Shown here piece after piece: positions 40,121-51,926 of a DNA stretch of 64,000 bases. The position numbers and the translations under genes were made by a program. The stretch lies in contig MU004192.1 of the NCBI GenBank assembly GCA_010093605.1, positions 1,693,464-1,757,463 of the forward strand, in the 5' to 3' direction. This DNA is from Lophium mytilinum. Taxonomy: Eukaryota. The notes below the pieces were generated by a model. The model was not told the DNA's origin. It did no database searches and was given only the letters and a program-made list of their open reading frames with translations. Within the stretch, counting starts at the first letter, position 1; every line of letters starts with the position of its first letter.

Positions 40121-42712
40121 TATGATCAAGCGTGTGGTGTTTGAGATTTCTCAAGCAGTCATGCCTTGTGGGAACTTATATCTAGACTGGGCGGGAAGCG
40201 ACTGGACCGATATATGCCTCCTGCAGCCACCGGCTCGTGCATATCTGGGCTGGTGCAAGTTTCCAGGGATCGTGTCGGCTTAGGTAGCATCCTCTTGAAG
40301 CCGTGCGCTCTTTCTTTACTGGGCTTACTCGTACGAGCATCGCAGCCAATCACATGAGAGAGAACGTGTTATGAATGGTCAGCCGTGCTTACCGTAGTGC
40401 ACATGTTATGCAAATGCATAAAAGCAACCTGGCTCCGGCCACTTCTAGTGCATGGGGACCCCAGGATTGGCTCTCGGATGTTTCTGGGGCAGAAGATGCG
40501 GGGAAACGCAACCGGCAACTACCCCCCTCCGCCGGTATAGCAGGGATTCCAGCCTCCCGAGAGGATGCCGTCCACGAGCACAACTCTGGACAAGGCTGCA
40601 CGATTTCATGATAACCGTCCGAAAAGAACTGAGTTCCCAGCTTCATTCGGCCGAGAAGCTGGGACTTAGGGCCACTTCCTCTGAGAATCACCGTCATGGC
40701 CGTTCTTTTTGAAGAAATCGTAGGAACATGTCCCCACCTAGGCTTGTTCTGATTGGCCACGGGAATTCTCGGCGTAAGTTATGCGTGGCTTTTCTGGAGC
40801 ATTACACACTCAGATAATAATTCTGATTTTATTTATGTACATTCTCACTGCAATGTAGAGCGTTTAGTTCTATTCTCTTTGTTGCGTCCCAAGTACGGGA
40901 TGATAGCTGCTCAATGCATAAAGAGTGTTGAAAACCGGTGCTTCACATTTCTATTCACTAGCTAGGAAGCACGGGAGACATTTATAAATACAGCCGCGCC
41001 GTTCTCTAGTTCACCAGAAGATGAACTATCTAACCCCTATCAAGAATAGCGAGAGCTTTTATCCTACCTTATATGACCTCGATCATTGCCGCCAAAGACT
41101 GCTCTTGTCCCATCCCTTTTCCACAAAGTAATGTGCGATCAAGAGCCACTAGCTGTGTCCCAAGTCAATCTTCTCATTAAAGCGACTGGATGAAGAGTTA
41201 GATAGGCCGAAGTAAGGGAAGACGGATCCAGTGTGGTGACTCGGTTGGACGACCTTTGATCCGTCTGGTATCTGGCTTTTGCTGAGTTCTTCGCCTGTCT
41301 AGAGAGTAATGATTGCTGTTCGACTCGATGTGTGCCGCAATCTGGACGGTTGTATCAAAGCAGCCCTAAGTCTAGGATTATGCCCGGGAGAAGTTGATCC
41401 CCCCATCCTGTCAGGTGGCAGTGAAACGAATGCTGTGGCTCTTTCCAGGGGCTGCCTGCCATCTTTCGTGGATTCCAGAGAAGCTTCGAGAAGCTAGGCT
41501 GCGACATTCGATGCAAATCAAAATAAAAGGAGACTCCACGCTCAACAACGTCGTGCATTCGCTCCTTCAAAATGCATGTTTTGAGGAGTACATAAGATTC
41601 TACCCACTAGTCGCAAGATATCTACCAATAATTGCTCCCAAGGAAGGCCAAGTGGCTATTAGGTACTCCTTTCTTTCGGTTGAACGGTTGAGTACAGTCT
41701 CTTGAGTTTCGTGTCTCTGCTTGCTTCCTCTCAGACCCAAGCCTAGATTGCCCCGGAGGTCATTGCTCACTGCAACGATAGGCTCGAAGATCTGGACAGG
41801 TATTGTCCTGAGCGCTGGCTTGTTGGAGGTATTAACGGCGAGTTTGGGTCGGAGAAGAGCGCGGCATCCCAGCCGCTCTAGGGCTTGCATTGGAAAGACG
41901 TAAGGGCTCGATGTGGAACATGGTCTGAGATATCGTACTGGCCTTTCTGGGTCGTGTTTCCTGGGCTGAAATGCGTTTAAAATGTCCAAACAGCGGTGGA
42001 ACTTCGATATTGATGTTGTTTTAAGAGGGGAGTGGTGACTAGATCCAGTAGAGGATGTGCCTACATCCTGTAGCAGAAGCCTCCGCTGGTCTTGAAACAG
42101 GAACCTGGATCGTGAGAAACGAGTAGAGAACGGCACTCGATTATCCTGTGTTTCTGAGATACTCAAGTCGAAGAGGAGATGAATGTAAACAGCAAGTGAA
42201 TACTGAGACTTTAGACGGCTGATATCTCGATGTCGATGAAAATATTCACCACGGAGTCCAACGCGTCAAGACAGCATTGCGTAGAAACACTGCTGCTGAT
42301 AGTTCGAGGCGCACGATCACAACCTTTGACTCAAAACGCAAAATCCTGTGGCGTTTTTGGGAACGGAGATGATTAAACCCAATAAATGATCATAATCATG
42401 TACCTAAGAAAAAAGGTGTGGAGTGGGTACGCTAGATACACGATACTGTTAGCTTGAGAGCATGGCATAATCATGCTGATGGGAATGGTGGATAGCACGG
42501 CAAGATCTAGTACGCGCGCCATTTTTATGCACACCTCTCGGAATCATCTGATCCAGACATGCCTGGACTCGGAAGCCCACGCCCTGACCCCTCAGTTCGG
42601 GAGGCCTGTATCCGCCCCGCAGCAAGGTCGATATTTCTAAGGCTTGCAATAAAACCCGTGTTTGAGCCACCTTGAATTTTTTGTGTGCGTATCTCTGCCC
42701 GACTTTCTCACA

Positions 42713-44417
42713 ATGGGGTTCCTAGACGATTTCACGTCCCTCAAATTCGCGAGTCCCGCAGGACTGGTGCTCGCGCCCACTCTAGCATTCCTTCTCGTGA
42801 GAATATTTCCAGATGCTCCACCAATTTCAACATGAAAATTACTAACCAGCCGTCACAAGATCGCGGGCTACTACATCAGCGCCGGGCTGTACAACATCAC
42901 CTTCCACCCTCTGGCCAAGTACCCAGGTCCCAAAAGCTACGCTTTCACTCGTCTCACATGGTCCATTGACGTTCTCTCCGGAAAATCATGCTTCCGCCTC
43001 GCCGCCCTCCACAACAAATACGGCGATACCGTCCGCATCGGCCCGAATGAGCTCTCCTACACCAACTCGCGCGTCTGGAAAGACGTCTTCGGCTCCCAAC
43101 CAGGTGGCAAGCCACAAATGCAAAAAGACCCTCTCCACTACCAAAAACATGACAAGACCCCCTCCTTGCACGTGTCTAGTGACGCGGATCATACGCGCAT
43201 GCGAAGATTGATAGCCCACGCTTTCTCTGATAAGGCTCTGCGCGACCAGGAATACATCATGCAGGATTACTCGAGTTTGCTGATCAGCCGGTTACGGGAG
43301 GTGAGTGCGGGCGGAACAACAGTGAATATCCGTCAATGGTACCACTGGGCGCTTTTCGACCTCTTTGGGGATCTGTGCTACTGTGAGCCTTTTGGGTGCT
43401 TGCGGGACGGGAAGAGCCATCCATGGGTTGATATCATCGGGCAGTCGATCCAGGCGTTTATGTATATCGGCCTTGCACGACGGATTCCAGGACTGCAGAA
43501 GCTGATGATGAAGATGATGCCAAAGAAGAAGATTGAGCAAGCAGCGTGGCACACGAAGTTCAGCAGCGATTTGGCGGATAAGCGCATGGCGATGCAGACG
43601 GACCGACCAGATTTCATGAGCTTTTTGCTTAAGTATAACGATGAGAAGGGCTTGTCGATTCCAGAGATTCGCTCGAACTCGAATGTGCTTATTCCGGGTG
43701 GAAGCGAGACCACGGGGACGTTTTTGGCTGGAGCGACGTGGCATCTGTTAAAGAATCCAGACAAGATGAAAAAGCTTGTGAACGAGGTTCGGGGAGCCTT
43801 TGCTACTCAGGAGGAGATTACAGTCGTCAAGCTGAACCAGCTGAAATATCTCACCGCCGTCATCGAAGAAGGCCTGCGGGTGTATCCTCCAGTGCCCTCG
43901 AACATGCCTCGAATGATTCCACCGGAAGGCGCAACAGTGTGTGGGAAATGGGTACCTGGCGGTGTAAGTGGACTGACTTTCTATTTGAAACTCCCATACT
44001 TACAATCCATTCTCAGACTTCCGTTGCCGTGGCGCCATGGCCCATGTTCACGAGCGCAGCAAATTTCTCCGACCCGACCTCCTTCATCCCCGAGCGATGG
44101 CTGGGAGATCCGCTCTACACGCATGATGACAGGGCTGCGTTCCAGCCTTTCTCGTCGGGCCCCAGGAACTGCATCGGAAAGAAGTAAAGTTATCCCTTTA
44201 GCACATGAACGGCAAATTCTAACATTTCGGTAGTCTTGCATATGCGGAGATGCGCATGGTCATGGCAAAGATGGTATGGAACTTCGACCTTGTACTACAG
44301 CCGGAAAGCGAGAACTGGTTCCCACACGAGATGGTCGTCGTATGGAACATACCGCCTCTTCATATCAAGCTCATCCCAGTGGTTCGCGAACCTACGAATC
44401 GCGTTACAGAATCGTGA
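42713..44417 (+). CDS. Cytochrome P450, CYP65/Tri11-like group
   Basis: FHPLAKYPGP, YGDTVRIGPNELS, I-helix PGGSETT, EEGLRVYPP, PERW, heme motif FSSGPRNCIGK; three introns. Confidence 0.93.
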
Positions 44418-45973
44418 ACGCTGTATTCTCGTGGGGAAGACGTTCCTTTAGACGTGTAAGCTTTGTAGCTACTGCGTTTATTGAAGGCTAGGAGCTTGAA
44501 CTTACAGATGTATGAAGGGTTATGATAGAGTATAGAGCAGTATGGAAACTACCACTAGGACTTAAACAAATCGAGCGTTTAGCGTGACAGTCTATAATGA
44601 GGAAAAGGTAACGGAAAACCTACGACTCAATTTTTCCGTAAGCTGCAAAAGTGAGATGTTGGTTCCCAAATCCAAGCTGAACAAGATTTTTCCAAGCTCC
44701 GCGGCCATTATAAACGTTCCATACTCGTCAAGCCAGACTCCCATGCTCCATAGCCACCGCTTCAGACCGCTCCTCTTCAAATCGCAAGATTGAGCTTACT
44801 ACCCTTTACAATCTCGTGGGTATCTCGGCCGAGGAGGACCGCGAGGAAGTCGGAGGGATTCAAGGAAAGGGTAGGATGTATGCAAAGAGAAAAAAAGTCC
44901 CCCAAGCTCGAGCGCGGGAAGAACCACGCAATCGAGCGCAGACGTCCAGATATAAAAGCATTCAAAATTCTGCTCTCGCTAAAACCCTGTTGGAACGAAC
45001 AAGATATAACTCAATCGCTGGAGGTACCATTCATCACCAAAGGGCTGAGCTCAAGCGAATAGAAATTAGAAATCACCCGGCATTCAGAACCTTTCCGTTG
45101 CAAAGGAAGTGGTGATCGTTTTGATAACACTCATCGCCGATACCCCTTCTATGAATGGCTTCGCATACGGTGGCTCGATATTTATTTTGATCAAGATCGA
45201 GATGCCGGTCGGTGTAACGGTTAAAGTCGACTCTCTACTTAGCTAGACCAATCAAGACAGGACTAACACAACTCAGTTGACCTTTCACTTTTCTCGTTAT
45301 TCGACTGCGTGCGCAGAAGTTGGAGTGCACCGGCGCGGCGCGACTGCACATTGGCGAGACAACGCTGACTAGACCATCTTTGTCGGCAAAACTGAAGCTA
45401 TAGTCGCGTGCTCAGCCTGAAAAGACTCTACCAGTGGAACTCAATCGACTTTGTGAGATCAAGAGCATGTAAGGGATGCCCTGTTGCCCTGAAGAGACGT
45501 CTTAGCAATTTGCAGAGGAAAATGCCGCGATCAATTCGCGGAGGCCACGTCTAGTGCTTCCTATAGCAACGAGACGCGTGAACAAGGCTTCCGCCAAGTG
45601 CTACAAGTGTGGGGCTGCTAAATCTTGATGGGTTTCTGATGGAGTCGCGATTATAGATACGAACGAAGAAACCATCGGAGTGGACGAAACAACATCACTA
45701 CCAACAACGCTATCTGAATGAGCTATAGCACTCTTAGGGATCTTTAATGAGAGTCCACGATGTGAGAGTATATCCTTCATCATATATCCGGTGAGTTGAA
45801 AGGCGACTTCCGCTTTTGATTCTCTCTCTCAACTCAGTTTTCTCTCCCTGCGTCCGATCCACAAATCCTACTGATGTGGTTACCCAGTTTTGTATGAACA
45901 TACCTCTGCTTTGCATCTTGAGTTGCCGAAGTCTGTCCCTATCTATACATCATCCTTCATGCCGAAACACTTG

Positions 45974-48900
45974 CTAATGTAAGGCAAAGCTGCCCTCTCT
46001 TATCTTCTTACCATCTAACTTCATAGCTTCACCATGCATAAGATTGTGAATGTATGCCTCGCCAATCACCTTGTACGATCCACCATCAGTACTAGGGCGC
46101 AGAACATAGGGTACCCGACCCCCATCAAGAACACAGATAATATCCCCAGGAGCCGCACCCCCAGGAACGAGCCCGAGCCTACCATCGGCAGTACAGCAGA
46201 ACCGTCTGAACTGCGCCCAGCGGATGATAGCCGGCTCGTGGTAATTTCGTAGTCGAGACGTTGCCCACGCAGGATCTTTGAATTCGAGGAACCCATCGAG
46301 TGGGACATAGTTCCGCCATCCGTAGTCAGGGATGCGAAATCCTAGCTGAGTGGAAGCAACGGTGAAAGCATACAGCCACTTTCTTTTGAGTGGCTTCCCG
46401 CTAGCATCCAGGCCGCAAGATAGGGTAGGCCACCATATCCGGAAGACTTCGAAAGGTAGATCGCCTGTGCCCTGAGTGGTAATCATCAAGGTCTCCCTGA
46501 GCCAGTCATGGATGCGTGTGTAGGACGAGCCGGCCGAATCTGGTCGCCCGCTCGAATTTGAATTGTAATAAGGTACCATCGCGAAGTTCGCTACGGAACC
46601 TACATCACTTATTTTGTCCACCTGCCGGCCATGGACGCGGAGTTCAGAGTTGTTGTCTTCAAGAGAAACACGAGGCCATTTCCGCGTGCTCGAGACTCCT
46701 CGAACTGTTGATACGAAAGCCGAGCTATCCGCGTGGAACACGTCTCGTTGCTTCAGCCGAGCTGTGAGCCCTTCGGTCCATGAGGCTTCGCTAGCGGCGC
46801 TCGGTAGGTTAGGCATGACTGGCAGAGGGTCGGCCTTGTTAGGTCTAGCTAAATCGGGGACCCAAGATGGTAGTGATAGAGTAGGTGGCATCAGCGGGTC
46901 AGGTGTGAGTGCGAGAACCTGCAGATCGTGTCGTTTGGTAATGCTCCAGAGAGCAAACTGCTTGTAGACGTCTTCAATAGGACGCGAGTAGTCGGGCCTT
47001 ACCTCCCAATCGGTCGACTCGACATCTTTCGCCATGCCGACGAGTGCGAAGACCTTGTCCCTCGGATCGGAGCACTCGAAACCCCTAGTCAATAATACAA
47101 GGTCGAGTAAAGTGTGGCCGCTTGTTTTGCTTTGATGTTTGGACCTCATCAGATGCATAGTCAATAGGTTTGTTCGCGCAATTAGGGTGTCTGCCGGCGG
47201 CGGCCCCAGTTCATATGTTTCTTTCGCATATTGATGCGGTATGATGGGCCAGAGGAAATCGACGACGCCTTTGAAAACGTTCCAAGAGAGCTCCGATTTA
47301 CCGCACATTACGACCGCGCTTCGAGCACTCGCTAGCTCCTGGGTGACCCATATGCGCCGGAACCAAGAGTGACGAAGCAGCTCTGCGATTGGCTCTGTCC
47401 GTATTTTCCCGGAAATCAAGGGCGTCGAAGACTCGGGCATTTCGCGATCGATGGTAGGTTGTTCAACAAACGTCTTCTCGAAAAAGCTGTGAAAGTCTGC
47501 GTCCCAATCTTCCCAGTCCTCTACGTTAGACAGATATCCCAACTCTCGAGCCTCGTCTACCCAGCGAGCCATCTGATTTGGATACTCGGCACAAATTGCA
47601 CGGATCATCTTGAAAGCCCCACGATTGGCGTCTGTTTCTTTGCCTAGCCAGATCAAAACACGTTGCGCTGTAGAGTAAACCTCTCCTATCTGCTGTACTT
47701 GATGGGTTCGTTCTTTGATATCGGCTTGATTGATACAGAGCGCATCAGCCCAGACTACACGCTCTTGATCCGGAAGTCTCAGGCCCTCCAGCGCCTCGTG
47801 AAGATTGATCCCAATATCGACCTCCGAGTCCCCGCAGATGATCTCTCTCTGTCGGAGACTGTCTCCCCAAACGTAGGATAGTGCCTCGAACTGCGGATTG
47901 TCGGCTAATTCCACATGTCGTAGATCACAGAAAATCTTCTCGTCGTCTTTCCCGGGCTTGACAACGAGCACGCGGATTTCGCGTGGGACGAGTGGTTCGT
48001 ATTGGGGCGGTCTTCGTGGCTTGCGAGCTTCCTGCCATTCATGAAGTCTCAAGCCGACGGTGTTCCTGAAAGCGAGAGAAGCGATATAGAAGACTATGGC
48101 AACTGGAATACCAAGCATGATCCACTTGATCAGGAGGCCAATTTTGGTGCGCGGTTTCCGTGTGGAGGACGAGTATCTGCTGTACGTTGTGTCTACTTTT
48201 CCTCCTCTTATGTCTTTCTCTAATCGCTCGATGGCCCTTTCAATTAAGGATGCCATTTCGGGGATCCTGAAGTGCTCTCCTATCAGCTCGCCCATACCTG
48301 GGTGTAGTATCATAATGTCTTTCGTTTCGGTCTCAATCTTGAGCTTCCAGCGACCCGTGCGGAGTCTTTGATCAGCACCGGAGGACGAACCGTCTTGATG
48401 GATAAGATCGGCGCCGTATATCTTGTCCAGGTCCGCAGATGGCGAAGGTATAATAGCATCCTTCTTAAGAAGTAACTCGAGGTGGCGGGATCCATTATAT
48501 GCTACACACATCAGTCCCAACAGGGTCAGTTGAAGAAAGCAGCATACCTCGCCAATGCGACCATGCCCTGAATGCTAAGTAAAAAAGAGGGAAATTAGGT
48601 ATTCTTAATAAATTAGTGGTAGGCGTAGAAAAATGCTGTGTGCTCACTCACATTGGCACCAACGCAAAAGGCACCGCAAAAGGCAGACCAGCATAACTCC
48701 AAAACATCCGATCCGAATGCTTCAACTGGCCCTGCAGCGCGAACCGCTCCAATGTCTCCTTTACTTTCTCCTCGGTCATGAACCGTGCTGGAAATAACAC
48801 CTCGACATCCGTGACCTTCCCATCCACAACATTCGTGCGTAGTTTCTTGCTCAAAGGTGGGATACTCTTCAAACCCCATTCTTGATACGGGATCCGTTTC

Positions 48901-49103
48901 AGAAGCTGGTTACCTATGGTTGTTGATTTCTTCTTCCAACCGCCGGGCTTTTTTTCCCAAGCAACCCATGTCTGCCGCGCCTGGGCTTCTACGCGTTCCA
49001 CGAAGCGGTCAAAGAGGGAATAATGACTAGAACTGGGTTTGGAAATATGCTGGCAGTAGATGAGAGAGTGACGGGCGGAGATTGGAAGGAGAAAAATGCG
49101 CAT
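45974..49103 (-). CDS. Fusion protein: mitochondrial K+/H+ exchange-related (Mit_KHE1-like) domain + TM helix + HET-6-type heterokaryon incompatibility domain
   Basis: Exons 49103-48652, 48603-48548 and 48501-45974 join in frame to 1011 aa. N-part: MRIFLLPISARHSLIYCQ..W..WE..GWKKK..RIPYQEWGLKSIP..PFALVPI|IPNFPLFYLAFRAWSHWR. C-part: FEALSYVWGD, WADALCINQ, WFRRIWVTQE, DPRDKVFAL, LPSWVPD, IGEAYIHNLMHGE. Confidence 0.85.
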
Positions 49104-49309
49104 TTTGTGTCCTCTGCCACTGCGGGGAGCGGCAAGTTCGTGCAACAATGCAGTATTTGCGACTGCAACGTGGCATGTGTCTTTCCAGCTGCCAAGTAGC
49201 GTTCATTGGTATTATAGTCAAGCGCACAGTTCAGCCTTGTCGGGGTAAGGCAAGAGTTTGTGGGGGCCAAAAGCCCCACCCTCTCCTGAAACACGATAAA
49301 CCCCCTCCA

Positions 49310-50628
49310 CTAACCCAAAATCATGCCCGCTCCCCTGAACTTCTCGAAAGCGCCGAACCATGCCTCGTTCGGGTCTTTCTCTTCCTCAAATCCTGCCTTT
49401 CTGCACTTCTCCAAGCTCATTTGCCTGTCGAAGTCGAGATAAAAGCCATACGAATCTAAGAATTCCGCTTTCCACACGAGAACACCCATTCCCTTCTCTT
49501 TTAGCACTTTCTCGTGCTTCTGGACATATTTGCTGGGCAATAGAGACGCTTCATCAGACTCAGGAGCCGGGCCAATTCCCATAAGCCCGAACCAGGACGC
49601 GATCTTAGGCCATCGGTCTCGCATGCTTTCTGCTCTTGCACTATCTGCAACGTTGAAAAGCTGACCAGCTGATACCTCGGGGTGGAGCGAGGCCCAAATG
49701 GCGAGGCGGGCGATGGTAGAAGAGGATGCTTCGTTGAGGAGCGAGTTGTATGCGTTTTCGGTGCCGGGAAAAGCAACACTAGAGCCGGCACCTTCGACAT
49801 TGGCGTAGAGTGAGAGGTAGGTGGCCCAGTGGGCGGTCAGGTTATAGGTGGAGCCTGTTGGAGCAAATCCGATCTGTGATACAAAGGGTTAGTCATGGTC
49901 CGGGTTGGAGGAGTGGCAATGCTCACAACTGCGTCAGGACGAACGTCGCACCACGTCCATTTCTTACCTTCACTTTTCTCGGTAAGAATATTCTGGAACT
50001 CGGCGTAATGAACGCTGCTATCATTAGAACTGGGAAGGACCATATCCTCGGTGTACGGAGTTTTGAATGGTTTGGTTTCGAGGTGGATGCCGTAGCCCTA
50101 CTTCATCAGAACCTGGTTTTCCAGCTATCTCAGAACCGACAACGTACTTTCGTGCCGCTAGGAACCACGACGAAGCTCAGTTCTGGAGAAAGCTTTGTCA
50201 ATGCTCCTATTGCCCGCTCGAGCATTTTCGCATTTGCTTCTATTTCGATTTTCGGATTATCATCCTGCTTGTAAGCTGGCAATGTCAGCAGCGTCATATT
50301 TAACACGTTGAAGCCCCTCACCGAAGTAGTACACGTGCGTCACTGTCTCTATTCCGGCCACTTGCTCCCTCAACACCTCAGTAAATTCCTCCACAGTGCC
50401 AGACGCAAGATTAATCCCGGAAAGGAGCTGAAGTTCCGGCCGGGACGGATCTGGAGTTGGCCAGTACGAGTTCTCAATGCTAAGTGGTCGATTGACCAGA
50501 GCTGTTACCTTGGAAAAGGTGTTATCACCAGGGTAACCTTTCACGAGCTCATCGACGAGAGCCCAGCCAATCAGTCCGGAAGCGCCGAAGACTAGGGCGT
50601 GCGCACCGGAAGTTCTGGAGGTTGACAT
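49310..50628 (-). CDS. PRISE family (progesterone 5-beta-reductase/iridoid synthase-like; SirQ-like) reductase
   Basis: ALVFGASGLIG, VTHVYYF, PSGTK|GYG, WTWCDVRPDAV; three short introns. Confidence 0.82.
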
Positions 50629-51926
50629 TTTGAGACCGAGAATCTGAATTGAAACACTGAAGGAAAAAAAGGTGATACGAGATGGAGACGGCTGGAGTAG
50701 AGACGAAGTATATAAGATACTTTAGAAGGGTAAGTGATCCGGAAGCGGTCTAGCGTGTATTATTCGTCAAAATGACTCATTCCAGCATAGGGCTTCGGTT
50801 TCAGCAGACTACACCGAAGCAAGGTAATGACGAAGTTAGGGTTGGATACCATACTTCAATCAAGTCAATGCTGACCGTTAAAGAAATATATACTATCCGA
50901 TAAGAATGAACCAACGATGATTGGATACAACAGGTGGGGTATATTAATCCAGACTAACTACGGAGTACTCTCCTCGCCCCTCTCGATTTATCAAAATAGC
51001 TTACGAAAACATACATCCAGCGTCCATCACTCTCTATAGATAACTCGGACGTCCGAGGGTAGCAATCGTTACTCATGGACGAGGTATCTCAGATCTCGCG
51101 ATGTTAGTAGGTGCTCGACGCGTCCAGATCTATGGCATTTACGATCTCTACGTATCGAGCAACTTTTCGTCTACTATGCAAGTACTTGCGCTGATTTCAT
51201 CGTGTGTTTCCAAACTTCAGTATGCCTAAAGCTAGAGCCCTTGATGTCTGCTTTTTCTAGATTCGGGCCTTGACGATATCAGGAAGACGCCAGGAAACCT
51301 CGACCAAACCAGGACGTCCTCGATGTTGGCATCTGTCTTGTTGTCCATTCCAGTCATTCTTCTAAACTTTGATCTTTGTTAGCGACAGCAAGACCCCTCG
51401 CAAAGCCTCGGACTAGAGGTTGAGATAGACTTGTAAGACACGTGAACTGCACGTGATGTACCACCAAAAGCTTTGTAGAGCCACGGTTTTCGGCCCCTAA
51501 TGTTAGTCGTAAGCTTTACATCGAACTAAACGAAACTTTCACTCCTCACAAGAGGCCCAAACTTGATCCGACAGGGCGTAGAGGCAAACATTGTCAATCA
51601 AGAAAACTATCTCGCAGAACTTAAACCAAGTCCAAACTCGAGACTCTTGTAAGCAAGACCTCTCCCTTTGTATGCCCGACGAAGTTTAACATTTGTGCGC
51701 GGCACTCAATTACAGCAACATTCACGGAGATGGTAGTCGTCGGCGATCTTGCCACTCCGGTGAATGGGGATTCGTGAGCCCTAATGAACGTTCACCGCGA
51801 TGTCGTGACGGCTCTCAACCTATAAAGACTGCGTTGATACCGTAGGCTCTTCCACAGAACATCTCACAACACACCCGCCACACTACACCACCACCACATT
51901 ACACTAGCTTCGAACTCCAGCTCGCC

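Noticed and set aside
41000..42200. 188-aa and shorter minus-strand ORFs between the two P450s, possibly a decayed gene
   Set aside because: No ATG start, multiple stops and no recognisable motif; cannot be supported without a homology search.
44500..45920. Fragmentary ORFs downstream of the HET fusion, possible gene relic
   Set aside because: Short and stop-interrupted, no identifiable domain or splice model.
5043..50628. Classical secondary-metabolite biosynthetic cluster
   Set aside because: No PKS, NRPS, DMATS or terpene synthase motifs in any ORF of the window; a remote backbone gene cannot be excluded.
51432..51520. TGTAAG...TTTACA segment as a second solo LTR
   Set aside because: Imperfect termini and no target-site duplication.
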